A model generated the notes under the pieces. That model was not told where the DNA came from. It did no database searches and was given only the letters and a program-made list of their open reading frames with translations. A DNA stretch of 64,000 nt from Pavona decussata (lineage: Eukaryota): contig CDRNST010000180.1 in assembly GCA_977016875.1 (NCBI GenBank), positions 2,108,001 through 2,172,000 of the forward strand, read 5' to 3'. Each line of letters begins with the position of its first letter. Position 1 is the stretch's first letter. Shown piece by piece: positions 1-15,000 of the stretch. The position numbers and the translations under genes were made by a program.

Positions 1-2884
1 TGAAAAACAAAAATACAATAGACCACTGTACCTCCCTTAGGGTGGTTTTAGATTTGTCTGATATTTTGTTTTTGGTTTGTTTATCACAGAGTCATTAGCT
101 TTTGAAGCAGGTTTGTCGGGGCACTGATTTCAGTAATTGTCATTACTGAAGAACAATCCACCTTGCAGTTTGGGCAGATGTGTGCTTCCCAAAAAGACTT
201 AATTTCTCAGATCATGATGGACTGATATTTGAGTTAGTTTGTATCCAGTATTGTTCCAAAATGCAGAACAGCACATTTAGAGTAATGGACTGAAAAGTAC
301 AAAAGAAATAAATATCAATCACATAATTTAATTGCAATATTTTGTCCCAGCTTGAGAGAGGAATTTGGCACGTTTTCAATACAGGTATAATACTATATTT
401 TTGATTAAATTTCTGTCGTAATTTAAGGCCTGTTCAATTTACCCATGGCCTCAAAATCGAATTATTCTTCCTCTATGTTCAATAAGTTAATTATCTAACA
501 AAGCATTCGTAAGAGTATTGCGGTGAAACTGACCATTTGTACCAAGGTGGAATATATTTGAAAACAAGCAATTTCAGAATCAGTTACAGTTCGATCGAGA
601 AACGGACAAGAGAACTCGTTTAATCAGGGGTTGACATTTCGCAGGTTGAGTAGGTGTTGTGGAAGAGATACGATTGTGATTTCTCTAACTTTTTACCATG
701 TACATTTTAGAAGGGTGGAATTCAGCCAAAACCTCGGATCACAAATCAAAAAGTCGGATGGCTGCCACACATTGGGCCCCTAATTGCAGAAACAAATTAT
801 TAACTATGACTGTTATGAATTGTCAGCATGAGGCAGAGCGGTTTCATAAGTTTCACGTTCTTACTTTAAAGGTGCTTAGTTGAATAAAACGGAAAATATC
901 ACGAGAAGGGTCTTGTTTGTTTTTAGAAAAGAAAGCAACATCATTCTAGATAATTTAAAATTCGAAGGTTAATTGGCAAGAACGCAAAGTATACTTTCAT
1001 TCCTTCATTATTAATATTTCATTTCATAATTTAAGTTAAAAGGTTTTTCGGATGTTTTTGTTGTTTGTCAGACTTCTGTCTGACATTAATTAGTTCTCTA
1101 CTTGATTTAAAACTTCGTTTTGTTCTTTAATATTTGCTGCTTTTTATTGAGTCATTAACTAAGTAGTTTTTCATGCATAGCCGTAAAATCTACAACTGTA
1201 GCGGACTACATCTGTTTTACACACCTAAATTCCAAACTTTTCTAGTTTCAGTGGCTTCTTTATTCCGAAAAAATAGCGTTAGACAAGTGCCAAATTAAAA
1301 GGAAAAGTTGCTAACATTTACTACATAAATGAAATTATTTTTCAAGAACTAATACAACTGCTCGCACAATAAAATTTCTTCTTTCATCAATCATTAGCAA
1401 CCCCTCAAAATCTCGTTAAAGGGAAATTCATTTAAAATGTCGTAAGAAGGTGGGGCTATAGTGAACGCTTCCGTCAGCTGAAACATCGAGAAGTTTACCT
1501 ACCAGATGGCAATTAAGTTTTACAACTATCTTCCAATTACTGTCAAGTCATTTTTTTGCCAGACGTTTTGGGGCAAACAAAAATTGTCGTTACACAGTGA
1601 TCAATTAAAGTGAAATCATTTCGTTCGAACTGTTGTACACTCCGTAAAGTTTGTTCATACTAACACACCGTAACGCCTTTCTCGTATTCGTCATTGGATG
1701 CAACAAAAAAGCGAAGTGAAACTCAATTTTTCACAAAAGACCGCCACAGCATGACGAAAAATAAACAAAACTTTGTTTCCACTTAATATATTAATGTAAA
1801 AGGTATGGTAAGTCGAACCTCTAATCGAATCAAAGACGAATAATTGTCAGCTTCATAACAAAGAACGCGAACATCTGATGAAGACGTTTTAAATACATAA
1901 CATTCAAGGTTTTGTCGATCAAGGATTCGTTCATCCCAAATACTATTTGTAATATTCGCCCGCTAAACATTGTCAGAAGTGTTGGACTCTCAATTGAACT
2001 GTTTTTCTCTTTGTATGGTTTCCAAAAGCGAGGTGTTTTTCTTTGGCAAAGCCACTTGCTAATGGGCGTTACAGCTAACTTACTGACTTAAAATAACAAC
2101 ACTAGCTATTGTGTTCTTATCTTTGCAGGTGCTTCTCTCTGTTACCGAGTTAAACATAAACGTAAATAAACTCAGCGCGAGTAATTTATCTCTCGCCTTA
2201 TTGTGTTATTGTTCACGTTATGTTTTTTTCAGACCCGGAGGTCATAAATGTATGCCAGTCTTCTTAATCATAATCGTATTAAATACTCAGAAAGAACTTA
2301 GTTTCTACGGCATCAAAGCGATTTTTCTCCAGTGCCCGTTGCACCTGTTTCTATTAGGTTCCATTGCCAGAGAGAAGCGTTTGCTTTAAACGGTTTAGAA
2401 AGGTCTGAAAAGAAAATCTCTGAAACGCCGAAAGATCCAACCCTTAATATTCAGCGCGATTAGTTCCAGTCATACTTGGTTGCCATCGAACTAGAATTGT
2501 TTACGTAGACCATTAATTCAACATCTCTCCACTAAAACGTCTTCTTTAAGCTATCCGCTAATATCGGCGGAGTTTTGAGAAGCATATCACGGCATGACTA
2601 CAAATAAATCATTAACATATTAACATATAACAAATATTGCCAAGATCAAAAAGTATCTGGACGATCAAGCACGATCTGAAAGTGCTGATCAGTCCTTTGT
2701 ATATGCCGTTGTTAAATTGGACAACTACAAAATTTTTCTTCTCTCTATGCCCTCCCCACGTATTTTATTCGTAGACCGGAATCTGTAGGGAACACTTCCA
2801 CTCGTGTTCTCACAAAAATAAGAAGACTTATTCTTATTGTATGACCCTTGCGGTCCCAAGCGCGCTTCATTGGAAAATCCCCGT

Positions 2885-3160
2885 TTGAAGGCCTAAGGTT
2901 GTAGTACGAGTACGAGTTTTTTCCAATCGGAAAAGAGTACGCGTGCGTGAACCAGTGTCATTTTGGCGGGAAAACGAGATAGTCGTAGAATCACGTAGTG
3001 ACGACAACAAGTCCTCAAAATGTAGGTGATTTCGTCATTAAGTTCGTCGCTCACAAAGATTAAAATGAAGTTTCCTGTGATATATCTCTTCTTAGTACTT
3101 CGCTAAAAACTTGAAGTCAATCTAGTATTCGTAGTCGTACTCGTACTAGAATCTAAACAA
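2885..3160. mobile_element. Degenerate MITE-like repeat
   Basis: Imperfect inverted ends (GTAGTACGAGTACGAG ... CGTAGTCGTACTCGTACTAG); non-coding; boundaries approximate. Confidence 0.4.
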
Positions 3161-5589
3161 CTCCAAGAAACGCGATCGGGGCGGGAGAACGCCATATGGC
3201 CCTGCTAGAGATACAGACGGACCCGGGAAATGAGATTTGAAACGATTTCTTGTCACACGAATTGATCTAAATTTTGACTTGAAACTATACATTGACAGCA
3301 AACAACATGAAAAATATAGTTTACTACGTAACCGGTCATAACTTGCAATTATTGGCATAATAATACCTTCAGAATCCACTATAAAGAGTGTTAAATTGGC
3401 CATATGATAAAAAAACGTATTGACTAAGGTCGGGCCGGACCGGAAAATATTCAGTTCAGTCAACAAGTAAGATAACATCCCTTCAGTGTCAGCTACGCTA
3501 CACCTGCTATCTGTTCGTCGCCGTGTTATACTTAAAGTTTCTTTTACTGGTATACAAATATCGTTTAAGGGCAACACAAGGTTCCTATTGAAGGGTAGCT
3601 GAATCAAAGCTAGGTCACTGACCACAGACGAAAAAATGCTGCTTACATTGAGGAGTATCAACTTGCTTTCGACTCGCGTCCGTCGTTACACATTTATAGA
3701 GCTGCAGTTAGTGCTGACGAACTTTATGACATATGAACTCGTAATATTTATGTGCTACTGTTAAAATTTTGTAAAGAGGTTACGCTGTGGGGTCGAACAA
3801 GATTAATGCTGTGACTGTGAAGTTAAAACTAAACTGAACCGAACATCACGACTTGTCAGTGAAAAATCAGCTCCAATTCTATATCATAATTAAATGTAAA
3901 GCTGGAATTTTCAATAAACGCTACTTTAAGGAAAATATTAAGAAAATGTTTTGATTTTCGATGTTTCAATTTCGAGGCTTATCGCCCGCTGTTGCAGGTG
4001 ATAAATCTCTTATCCCGCTTAAGGCCCTTAATTCGTGTATTTTGGTTTATTAAGCTTTGTATTCTGAGTCCTTTATAACGCACCCTACAAAAGCGACAGA
4101 TGAAGTCAATTGTTTATTTAATAAAGCCACAGTGCGGTAATTGTTCATAATTTGCAACTGATAGGAAAGTGTTTACTCGTCGTTTTCAAAACGGTTGTCA
4201 TTAAGTAATAATAATCATCTATTCCACAGCGGAACTATCGCAGGGATTACAATAATAGATACATTAACAACTAAATATCTTCCTCGTTCTCTTTTAATGT
4301 CAACCTGCGGTGCTAAACTATTACTCGATTAAGTTTCAATGATTTGTGTTGTCCGTATGAAGAGCAAATCCCCTTTGCCCGCTGAGTCAATCCATCTCAC
4401 GTGGTCTTCTTTGTTGTCGACTTGTGAACAGTGTTGCGTTGTCTAAAAGAAGTGCGGTTTACAGTTATAACACACAAATTTATTTTAATTTCTTCTTAAT
4501 TGAGACCAAACAAAGAGTAAAGGCTTCTGTTTGTTTCTTTCGCACATGTTTTTTTTCTTTATCTCGAGCGCGCCTGAAGTAATTAACTTACTCATTTTCG
4601 CTGGCTTTTATGAAATCTCTTTGTTTTACCATCTAATGTGTAAAATTCGTTCGCGTTTGCGACGTGAATGAATTACGCGCGTTTTTATGCGATACGGATA
4701 AAAGTAACGGCCCTAGACTAAGAAGTAGAGCAAAAAAGATGAAAGAGGAAAGTTACTGTATTTATCAATTGCAAAAGAAGCCAGTTTCATAAAGAAATTC
4801 TCCAAAAATAGGAAACCGCCACCTTGAGGAACGTTAATTCTTTTTGTTTGTGTTTTTTCACGCGATGTTTCATTTCTTAGGAACAAAAGAACCTTCGTGA
4901 ATAATTTATTTCATGCTTTAGTGCTTAGAAGGTTCTCTCTTTTTCGTCAAAACTTTCATTGTATAAAGTTATATGGTTGGAATTACAAAAATAAAAACAA
5001 CAGTTTCTTCGATTGGCATTATTTTAGGATAATTTGAAATAAAATTCCACATGATCATTTTGAAAAAAAAATACTAATTTTGGAAATTTGAAAAACTTGA
5101 CGCAAAATACGCGAGAGTTTAATTAAGTTTCCCATGTCAAATCTTCCTGATTTTGAACCGTCTGCCAAGAAGTGACTTCTACCTCGTCTCATGTTTGAAC
5201 AATATTCAAGAAATTAAAAGTTCTGTTACAATTAGATATGAATTTAGATATCAGCCTTCACACAGACTCTTCATAAAGTATTTGGTGATGAAAAGTCAGT
5301 AAAAACGTTTTTTTTCTAGAATAAACAACATGAAACGTAAAAAAAAAAAAATTTATTTATTTTCTTTTAGTTTGAATAGTTCGCATTGTACGCTAAACAA
5401 CTCTACGATTTTGCAGAAACAATACACAATGCTATAGGATCGTACAAAAGCTTGAAGATTTGTGCTTCGAAACAGTTGTTCATGAACGAGTTGGGCGCGG
5501 TTTGCCGGTCTATCTCCGGGTGTTAAATATCTCGTGCTCAAATTTGGGTGGCTTTAAAACCCCAAATGGAAAGCCAAACTTTAAGTCAT

Positions 5590-5705
5590 GAGGGTCTGTA
5601 TGTCGATGAAATTCTTTAGTGCGACTCTTCAAATGAGAGCTACTGAACAGTATTTTTCCTGTGGTGCTGTTTATTATGCTCTGCAAGGTGCTTGTAATTT
5701 TTTAG
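5590..5705 (+). repeat. Single degenerate monomer of the ~106-bp satellite
   Basis: TCAAATGAGAGCTACTGAACAGTATTTTTCCTGTGGTGCTGTTTATTATGCT matches the unit of the array at 54036-54468. Confidence 0.6.
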
Positions 5706-6946
5706 TTTACTACCCTAAGCTTACGAAGTTTACTTTTTAACATTCAGTTTCACAAAATGAAATTAACGATTTTCTTACAGTTTTGTTTTGTGATCTTCGC
5801 AGTGCAATGGGTAAGTTATGTAATCAGCCATGTTAGTACAGCTCAAGTCCGCCTACTAAACAGATTTAAGATTGTAAGGTTATGTGATGATTTCTCTAAC
5901 AAGCTTTATATATTTTACGTACTTCAGTTCCAATAAAAATATCAAGTATACATGCCAATCGGTTCTTTAGTTTCGTTCGTTTTTTAAGAGGAACAAATCA
6001 ACGCAATCGTGTATTTAACAAAGTTTGAGTCGGGATGTCGCAAAGTTACATAGGTATCGTCCACAGCTCAAAAGTAGTTTCAACGTCAGTAAACATTTTG
6101 CATGCACCTTATCGGAGAATTGTAAGAGCCATTTTAGGTAAAACAGTGGCTCAGTCTCAGTGCATTCAAGCTTACGCGTGAAAATCATTGTGAATAAAAT
6201 CTGATAAGAATGCGAGTGAGCCGGAATCGCTGGTGGAGCACAGATCGTTAAAATTAGACGAGAGTCACAAACGTATTTAGAAAAAAGGTATCAAATTTAT
6301 TCCTTTCGGTCCAACAGAATTGAGCCAAGTTTATTAACGATAGTATTTCTTGTCTGATCTGAACAAAATACTTTCAGCTCTGAGGTAAATTGGGAGAGCG
6401 CGCAACTTGTGCATAGATGTCGAAAACATTCGAGTGCTTTTGTCGTTGTGATATCAGTAAATCTTTTTCCCTCTGAGTTAAACCTTAGCTCATGATGTTT
6501 GAGTTTACAGACGTTTAGGCGTGTGGTCATTCACATGTAAGCTAATAAGTAGTATTTTAAAGAAGTATACTTTCCTTTTCTGCAGTTTATTATGCTGAAT
6601 ATAGCATTTAAGTCTGTTATCACTAAAATTTCCATGTGACCGTTTAAAAAAAAGCAAGGAAACCTGATGTAGAAAACTGTCTATCTTTTCGTAGTGCTTT
6701 TTTATTGAATCAGATCTTGTTTTACAAACTCGGTTTTCAGTTGATGACTAAAAACATTCAGAAACACACTTGTCTTTTTCCTACCTTATTATTCAGCATT
6801 ATACTTTTAAGTGAAAGGACTATTTGCTTGGTAATTAAACCGGCTCGTGACCGGGAGAGAATCTACAGGAACTCATCACATTTCGAGAAAAATGAAATTG
6901 ATGGATTAAGATGTCTAAGATAGATGCTTCGTTAGTATTGCAGATG

Positions 6947-7650
6947 TTTTTTTTTTTAATCTTTTAATCTTTATTAAAAAATTAGACACAACATACGTGT
7001 GGCTTTACAATCAAAGAAGAACTTACAATCAATGAGGAACCAAGCAAATTACAGATTACAAATTAAGTTAAAAAACATCAAGAAAGAAATCTAAAAAGGC
7101 ATCTATTCACAAAATCCCGTTTAATTAAACAGTTCAGTCTTCACTCTAGGGAGTATGAAGTCATGGCCCCTATCTCTAACAGCCTTATTACGTTTAGGTG
7201 GAAGTAAGTCAAACAATACATGGCCACTGTCACTGGTGATTCTGTTGAACAGATCACGGTCCCTACTCTTTATGAAATCATATGTAACAAAAATCTTATT
7301 TGTTTAGCCAAAACGATAGCCACGCCTAATCCGATCTAAATATTTGCCTTGAAAGGCAGAGCCCCACACTTCTAATCCATATAGAAATAATGACACTATG
7401 AGGGAATCGAAGAGTTTGCTGAGCTGGTCTTTAGTGTATCCGTAACTGACTTGTATACCCTTAGAATATACAGTCGACTAGCAGCTCTAAAAAGGAAGCT
7501 GTCAATATGAAGGTCCCAATTACCAGTATCTTCGTGGAAAGTAATTCCCAAAAGTTTCAGCCTCTCTTTCGGCTCAATCCCAGGCATTGGGGGAGGAGCA
7601 GGCCTAGAAGTTCTGCTATACAGTTAGCATTTCCCACGTCTTTTCCCCGG
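6947..7650 (-). mobile_element. 5'-truncated non-LTR retrotransposon (CR1/L2-like ORF2 3' end), degenerate
   Basis: ORF 7396-7587 (ERLKLLGITF..NWDLHID..RAASRLYILRV) resembles the C-terminal part of a LINE reverse transcriptase. It continues in a shifted frame (SLFLYGLEVWGSA). An AATAAA and an A-rich tail lie at ~6947-6976 on the minus strand. Confidence 0.8.
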
Positions 7651-9914
7651 CTCCACAGGCTGCAGAATCTCCTTTATTCCTTGTAAAAAAGTCATTACGC
7701 AGGCGGCCTAATTTCCAATGAGACACACCCATACGATATAAACTGACTTAAATCCCATTGAAATGGAATATCAATTTTAAACCATCAGTCTATATAATTG
7801 ACCCCACAGTGAATGTTTTTCACTTCAACTTTATTACTTCCTTCACTTTTGACGGGATATAATGCAATTTGTTATGATTAACGAGCAGAAAAAATCAAAC
7901 AGTGATGAGGCGTCTATAGGAAAGCAGAAATTCGCGAATCAACAGACCCCTTTCAACGGTCATTACATAACTTATAAAAGTTGAATGCTTGTTTAGGTCC
8001 TTCTTTTGCTTTAATTACGTTTCACAGCTTTCGGTGATATTTGACGCGTCGATTTTTTTTGTTTTCCACCTAAATTTATCGTTTTTTAGATAATTCTTTT
8101 GTTTCGGCTAAATAGAACAGAACTTGCAGTCAAAACAGATTCTTGAAAAGCCCTTTTCAAGGTTATTCCAAGGTTCAGTACATCAGAAAAACCTGAAGCA
8201 AAAACAACACCCATAACTTTTAATTAGCATCAATCGGCTCAAACGTGAGTTTCAAGAATTTCAAAGTAACCATAACATGTAACAGAGGTAAAATTCTTTA
8301 GTAAAAGTTATAAACATGTTCATTGTCAGCGTTTGTGCGCTGCACCGAGAGAAGGCTCTTGGTCTAAGTTTGTTCTGTAGTCTGTGAATCAGATGGCCCC
8401 AACTTTTAAACTCCTGCCTATGCAATCCTTAAGCTTGACAATTCACGTAATATCTATTCACCCATAATTGCATGAAATGTTTTTCTAGTAGTTCGTCTGT
8501 ATCCATTGATACACTGTAGGGTGATTGATGTGGAAGACAAGTGCCAGATATGGCGCCGACATTGTTGGTCTTGTCTAAGGATAGGCAGGGAACAGCTGCA
8601 AGACCGCCCCGCCCTTCATTGTCATGCGCCGTCTCCAGCAGCAATGTCTTCAACAGAAGTTGTACTTCTTCGTTTATTTTTACCTTTTGAGTAGGCTCGT
8701 TTCGATTTATTACATTTCTTACTTAGCTTGCAAAGATGAAAGATGTTACATCGACGTTTAGGGATGAATAATTAATCTTTCTAAACCTCAGAGCTAAGTA
8801 AGAATACGATCGATTATCTGTTTTAGGGATAAAGACGTTTATACATTAAGAACTACGCTTATATATTTTTTAAGAATTTAAGGTTTTTGTAGCTCAGTTA
8901 AGAAAACAGGTGGGATTAAATTCAGGGTCAACGAATGGCCATTAATTATCAATTGAGTCCCAACTTTATTTCTGTTCAAGAAAGGTCTGTTTTATGATGA
9001 AATAAATTCAGTTTTAAGTTTAATTTATTGTTGTATTTTTTCCCGTTATGAATTTATGAAGTTAATAGTACTTTTAATTAAAAGAAGAACATTTTTAATA
9101 TATATTAGCACCCTTCAGTAAATCACAACACGCTAACCTCAAGACAACCTAAAACGAAAAAATATCTTAAACCAACTTTTTCCGTACCGATGAGAGTGAT
9201 TGAGTGATAAATAATAAATGCAACCGAAAATTTTCCCTTGAGCTTCATATCACCTTCAACGAACTATTTAATGGCCAAGCTTAGGGGAAACGACGAAAGC
9301 GAAACACACTGAACTTATGATTAAATTCTGGGTTACATTTTTCTTAACGAATGCAACATAAGCAAGGAACTGCAATCAAGTCATCTGCCTTCTTATGAAA
9401 ATCTGAGTTAGGAAATTAACTCTCGGCAGGGCTAAATACCTGTGAACACAGTTGCCTCTCATTGCACTTGGCTACTTTCCTGTAGCTTTTAAAAGGGCGA
9501 AATGACTTGGGTGGTTGCAGTTTACTCGGGGGTACAATTCCCCTGACATAAGCTTTCATACGGTCATGTGCGACATGGAGAGTACAGGTTTTGACCCGTT
9601 TTTCTCTGAAATAGAATATGGAATTTTGACATTTTATTTTGAAAAGGCCTTGGGGCCATAAGTTTCAGGAGGTTGATGTGAAATAGGGTAATAAAACATA
9701 TTTTGATCCAAATTTTTCGAGCGGCGAAATCAGCAGTCCTCTTGAATAATTCAACGCCCTTCAAATACACCAAGGCCCAAGTGGAAGGAAAATTGTTATC
9801 GGGATTTTGATGAAAATGGTGCAAAAACACCTTAGCTTAGTTGAAAAACAATTCAAAAACATCGAGAGAAAGAAATCAACTGAATTCTTGAAAGGAACAA
9901 CCCACGATCTGTTC

Positions 9915-9947
9915 AGAAGAAGAAGAAGAAGAAGAAGAAGAAGAAGA
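9915..9947 (+). repeat. (AGA)11 microsatellite
   Basis: Perfect trinucleotide run. Confidence 0.95.
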
Positions 9948-10847
9948 TACTTTTATTTAAATCAGGGTAATTCCCTCAGTAATAAAAACAAAATTACCGT
10001 TATCAACGGAAGCCATAATTAAAGCCAATCTTGGGACGAAAATGAGAGAACTTCAAAAAAAGTTAGCCCAACCTTTCTCAAGTTCCAATCTATTCCGACT
10101 AAGTCCATCTATGGCCAGAGAAAATCAGGACAGTTTTCGAACACCGAAGTGGTAATTTATAGCAAAACTAGACGATTAGGTTTCGGTTCCTGTTGATAAA
10201 AAACGACTATAGGTGTTTGAAATGCGGACACCAAGTCTCCTTGACAGTTCGCCTTTAACTGTCGCATTATTTCAGTTGCGTCATAGTTATACAAGCCGCA
10301 AAGAAACTGGCGAAGTTTTCAGTAAATTAGCCCACAGACAACAGGTGGTACGCTTTATTTTGAGAGGAGAACGGCAAGGTATTCGAACAACGTCCATACA
10401 GATTCGATTGCTATCTTTAATGTCAGACGAGTGTATTCAAAGCTTCTGCGATGTGACTTATCGCATGTGGCTTCACACTTCGTCCTTCACATAATTTTTA
10501 TCACATGGACTTCACACAAGCCTTTAAGCCTGAGCGACTACTATCCCGACTTTCACCTTTCTCCCTCATACTAAAGGGAGTGGTGTTAGTACAGACAGCA
10601 AACGTTTATAAGAAGAATAATTGTGGAACAATTTAATTGTCGTTCAAGGTGACCTGATTCCACGAATGTGGTCTATAAAAGAAAAATAATTTGGTCAATG
10701 AACAGTTCAAATTGTCCTTCCGTCCTACAATTAACTTTTACACCTGTTGCAAAGGTTACAAAAGTCGGACAGGTTCCTCTCTTTAATCGTACAAATTTTG
10801 TCATTCTGAAACAAAAGGTGATGTTATGTTTTTAGCCTGGTGAATAA

Positions 10848-11110
10848 ATGAATTTTTTCAGTCAGTCACCCAGGGAAACTCGGAGAAAGAAAATGCCAGT
10901 TCTCCCAACAGGTGTCGAATCTACGACTTTCCGATTACCAATTCGGATGCTCTACCACTGAGCTACACGAGACTCGTGGGAGCCATTCATAAACTAGTAA
11001 TCGGAAGGTCATAGGCTTCACCAAGAGAAAATGAGGTTCAACTCCTGTTGGGAGAGTTCAGATTTTCTTTTCCCGAGCATGCCTTTGTCACTGACTGAAC
11101 AATTCATCTA
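10848..11110. mobile_element. Palindromic tRNA-derived (SINE-like) element
   Basis: The minus strand reads GTAGCTCAGTGGTAGAGCATCCG...GTCGTAGATTCGACACCTGTTGGGAG, with A- and B-box-like motifs. A partial copy on the plus strand (TAATCGGAAGGTCATAGG...GGTTCAACTCCTGTTGGGAG) creates long inverted arms. Confidence 0.7.
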
Positions 11111-11861
11111 TCATATATTGTCATTTTACTGAAAAAAAGTGTCAAGGGTAGCAAAACTTACAAGCACGTTGAAATTCCCAACGCCACTTTCATACCCTAA
11201 ATGTGTTTGCCTTCACTTTACCCTGTCTGGCTGTTTACAAAACTAGAATGCATGAAGCCGCTTCTCCAAAGTTTCTGGTGAAAGTCACTTATAACCCTAC
11301 CGTTAATATGTACTCATAGTACAAAAGAAGCCAAATTCACAAAGCCCTCGTAACAGTACGATATATCCTAAGTATTGTTTCTAAACAATTGTATATTGCT
11401 ATGCCAACAAAAAGGTTATTATGAACAAACAACACTTAAGGCACATCTTTACTTAGGAGGGGTCCGTGAATCCTGCAGGTTAATTTCCTTGAGACTTTGT
11501 TTAAGTTCACCTAGTATTTCTTGATCTGACGTACAAATTAAAAATTCGATATGTAAACTCATTTTTACGGCTGTACGTATACTATGACAGCATCCAAAGT
11601 TTCTCTTAGAACCATGCTTTTGTTTGAAAATGTTGGTGTTTTAAAAGTACATTGTTTTGTGCTTCTCCAGGAATTTTGGGTGGGGTTGTGCTTCTCAGCT
11701 TCAGGCGTTAACCTTACATCAAACAGGAAAAATATGTGAATTTACGTATTCAATTTATGCCTCATTCTTCAAATTTAAACTCCTTGTTTTCAACCCCAAA
11801 CGGTACCTCACCAAAGAGGTTTAAAATCTATCCTTAATGGCTAATGGCAGACTATGATTAT

Positions 11862-12025
11862 TTGTGTAAGGGGGTTAGTTCGTAATGAAACTGCGGTGCT
11901 GCGTCGGTGTGGAGTAGAAACAAATGTTTGGTTTATCAACAGAGTTGATAACTAAAGGTAAATTGGCCACCTTATAGAGATTCGAGTGCTGACGTTTCGA
12001 GCGTTAGCTCTTCGTCAGAGTGAAT
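11862..12025 (-). mobile_element. Penelope-like element terminal fragment with minimal hammerhead motif
   Basis: Minus strand CTGACGA-AGAGC-TAAC-GCTC-GAAACGTC at 12018-11991 fits the minimal type I hammerhead typical of Penelope-like element ends. Confidence 0.6.
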
Positions 12026-15000
12026 CCGCTATTTGAGCTACGGCTCAAAATATTTGCCTTTTGGCTTATACAAACATTTGTTATTTTGTATTAGTAAATA
12101 CAAGCTGGATGCTAGTGTAAATTATACACATAACAACAAGAGTTGAGATAGTTTAACGTGTTCGTAAAAGCAACAGATCAGTTTTGTTACGCTCGCACAT
12201 GTTGGCAACATGTATTTACCGACCCAACTCGCAAACGTGTCGGTTGCCATGTCAAGGCGCCAAAACAGAATACGCCTTTTGAAGTTATTTTGTCTGACTC
12301 GTTCAAAAGAATGGTCGTATAATGTAAACAATAACGCCAGAGCGGATACGGGCACGCGTTTTTATGTAAACTAAATGTGACTCATGATGTTTGTCAGTGA
12401 AAGCTATATTTTAAACTTAGTTCTCTCCACATATATACTCAAGAACATAACTTAGTTGCCACCCAAAATGCTTGCTATGTACATATCTCGATATCCTACG
12501 TTGCACATCCAAATCTATAATTTGAACTCGGGCAATAGTGTCCTTGACCTTGTGCTAAAACCAGTTATCACGAAGGCTTTCGACGTAAACAGCGCCTTCT
12601 TTTGTTGCTTCCGAATATATAATTTTGGCCTATTCATCTACAAAAGTAGGCGTACTGCTCAAAGAGGTGTTTTATTAATAGCTGAACTATTATGCTGCCC
12701 CCTGGAGAGAGAAGGAAAAGTTTATCAAACTCAAGATTGACAGACCGAGGTTAACAGATAGGAAAACATTTCATTCTTAAAATTGAAATTTTGTAAAGAC
12801 GTTTGGATCATGGAAGTATTTACATGTAACGCATTGTCTAATTAAACGTAGTTTAACGTTTATTCTTTAATTCAATTTTACGTATTTTGATTAAGTAGGT
12901 GATTGATTTAAGAGGCATTTTATCTATCGATCAATAGTTGAATTAAAAGTCGCACCCCGCTGCGTAAGGCTTCACCCAACCACAAACTTCATGCTTAAAT
13001 TTAGTAGTCTGTAAGATTTGTGACTGGTCGGAGAAATACATACTACATAGAAGTGAAATGAAAGGAAATGTTGTTTTATAAAAAAACATCCTTTCTACAG
13101 ATGAAATTGAAACTAGCACTTAAAAATTTAATGGTGCCTGCATTTCGGAAAATCAAACTTCAAAAGAGATTTATGCAAGGGCCCTCGAGTGTTTTGAATA
13201 TCATAGTCATTCCATGTTGATCGATGATGACTCTGATAGTGATTTTTCCCTGGGGCGTGTCATTACACCAGCTTTTCTACAAAACACGTCTCTTTTGTAG
13301 CTTGTTGTTCTGTTAATCAGAACCGGAAATCCATAATTGTAAAGTAAAGAGTAACTGTTTAGAACACAGCATTTGTCTCATGTCCTTCAAGTGACCGTTT
13401 ACACAGTGAAATGACTTACGTGCCGTCGAAAGCGGCTTATTTCTCGGCGTTTAGAGAACAGATGCGACGTTTTGCTTCACTGCGTGCCAAATACACGCAA
13501 AAGAAACCTTGGAGGTTTAAGCCTTCGTTAAGACATTTGTACGCTTCGCATGGCTTTGAATTTTTGCAAGGATTGCCGTAAAATCACTAAAATGTCATGG
13601 GGAGTGCGGTTTATTAAAACATATGTACACGAAAGCAAAGTGTTAAAAATTCTTACGCGAGGTTGTGGTCTCTGTTCAAACGGTTCAAAAAACAATAACA
13701 AAAGAGTAAGACGAAGTAAAACCACAAAACTGCTGTAATTAAAAATCTAGCCACGCAATCGAGGAATTTTTTTCCAGTGTAGGGTGCAGCTGCTTCAAGG
13801 TTATCAACAAAACGCTTAAAATATTTTTTGGAAGATTGCACTATTTCAAAGGAGCTAATCGAAAGAGTCTGACGGAAAGAATTTAGGGTTGCGGTTATCT
13901 ATTGGTCGTCTCTTAAAGGATCAGTGATTTTTAATATTGACTGATGGTATTCCTAAAAGTTGTTTTGACTCCGTTTTAATTTTAGAAGGACTTTGTTCGA
14001 GTAACACTTTTTTGTAAAAGCACTCTAAACGGGCATCACTTAATGTACAATTTCATTTGGGGTGTATTTTCCTTTCCGTTTCACAAAAACCTCACATCCG
14101 TTGATGTCAAGTTTTTTCGTTGCCTTTTAAATGAAATATCAAATTGAACTGCTTAATGAAAAAGTGATGTAATGAATTATTCGGGAGTAAAGTGAACATC
14201 TGGTGGACTTCACAGTTCTGGTCGTTCGTGCGTGATGTAATGGGTAAGGAACAAACTTCACCCGTGCTGAACCTTCAGCCATTTTATATCTTTGATTTAT
14301 GATTTACACACATTCACTTCTGAGGTCAACATCAATTGACGTATATTTACAGCCAAGATATGTTATTATCATTATCATTATTATTTTATTATTGTTATAG
14401 AGATTCTCAGGAGTGTGTATAAAAATATCATACAGAACAAAAAAAATAAACGAAAAAAAAGTTATAATCCTAGTCAAAAACCTCGTGTAATGCGTTTCTA
14501 GCATTTCAGAAGTGTGTGAATAAAATTCCAAAAACCAACCCGTGGCCATTCAAAGGAAAACCGTGGAGTAGAAAGCTGTCGAGTAGTACTTCACGAATAA
14601 TGCTGCTTTTTTTAAAGGAAATCACGATGAATTTACAGCGCTGAACTTGCGTGCACATCAGAAATACTAAGTAGTAAAATTAGATGGTCGCACTCGGCAG
14701 TGCCACGTTTAGGCGGCGAGTGAAAGAACAAGAAAGGATGTAAACAAAAACTCAAGGGCTTCTCAAAGCGCTTTTGTTCTTAGAGACTATATCCATGTTT
14801 CATGCTCTTTCAGGACACCTGCATAGCTGCCAAATCCAAGTACCTCATCGATCTTGGCCAACCGACGCATGGCGACGGGTTACCACGCCATTGTTCTTGC
14901 TACAATGCCAAGCGACAGTGACTAATGACAACCGTGCCTTCGTTTCAAAGACGACTAGCAAAGACAACATGACAGCCTAAATGAAAAGAAATGATGGAAG

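Noticed and set aside
31-290. Minus-strand segment with a good acceptor and donor
   Set aside because: The frames I translated contain stops; a coding exon cannot be supported, although a non-coding exon is possible.
3146-3661. 171-aa ORF
   Set aside because: No recognisable domain, non-ATG start, overlaps a repeat end.
8429-8694. GC-richer island with short ORFs on both strands
   Set aside because: No homology or splice structure that I can support.
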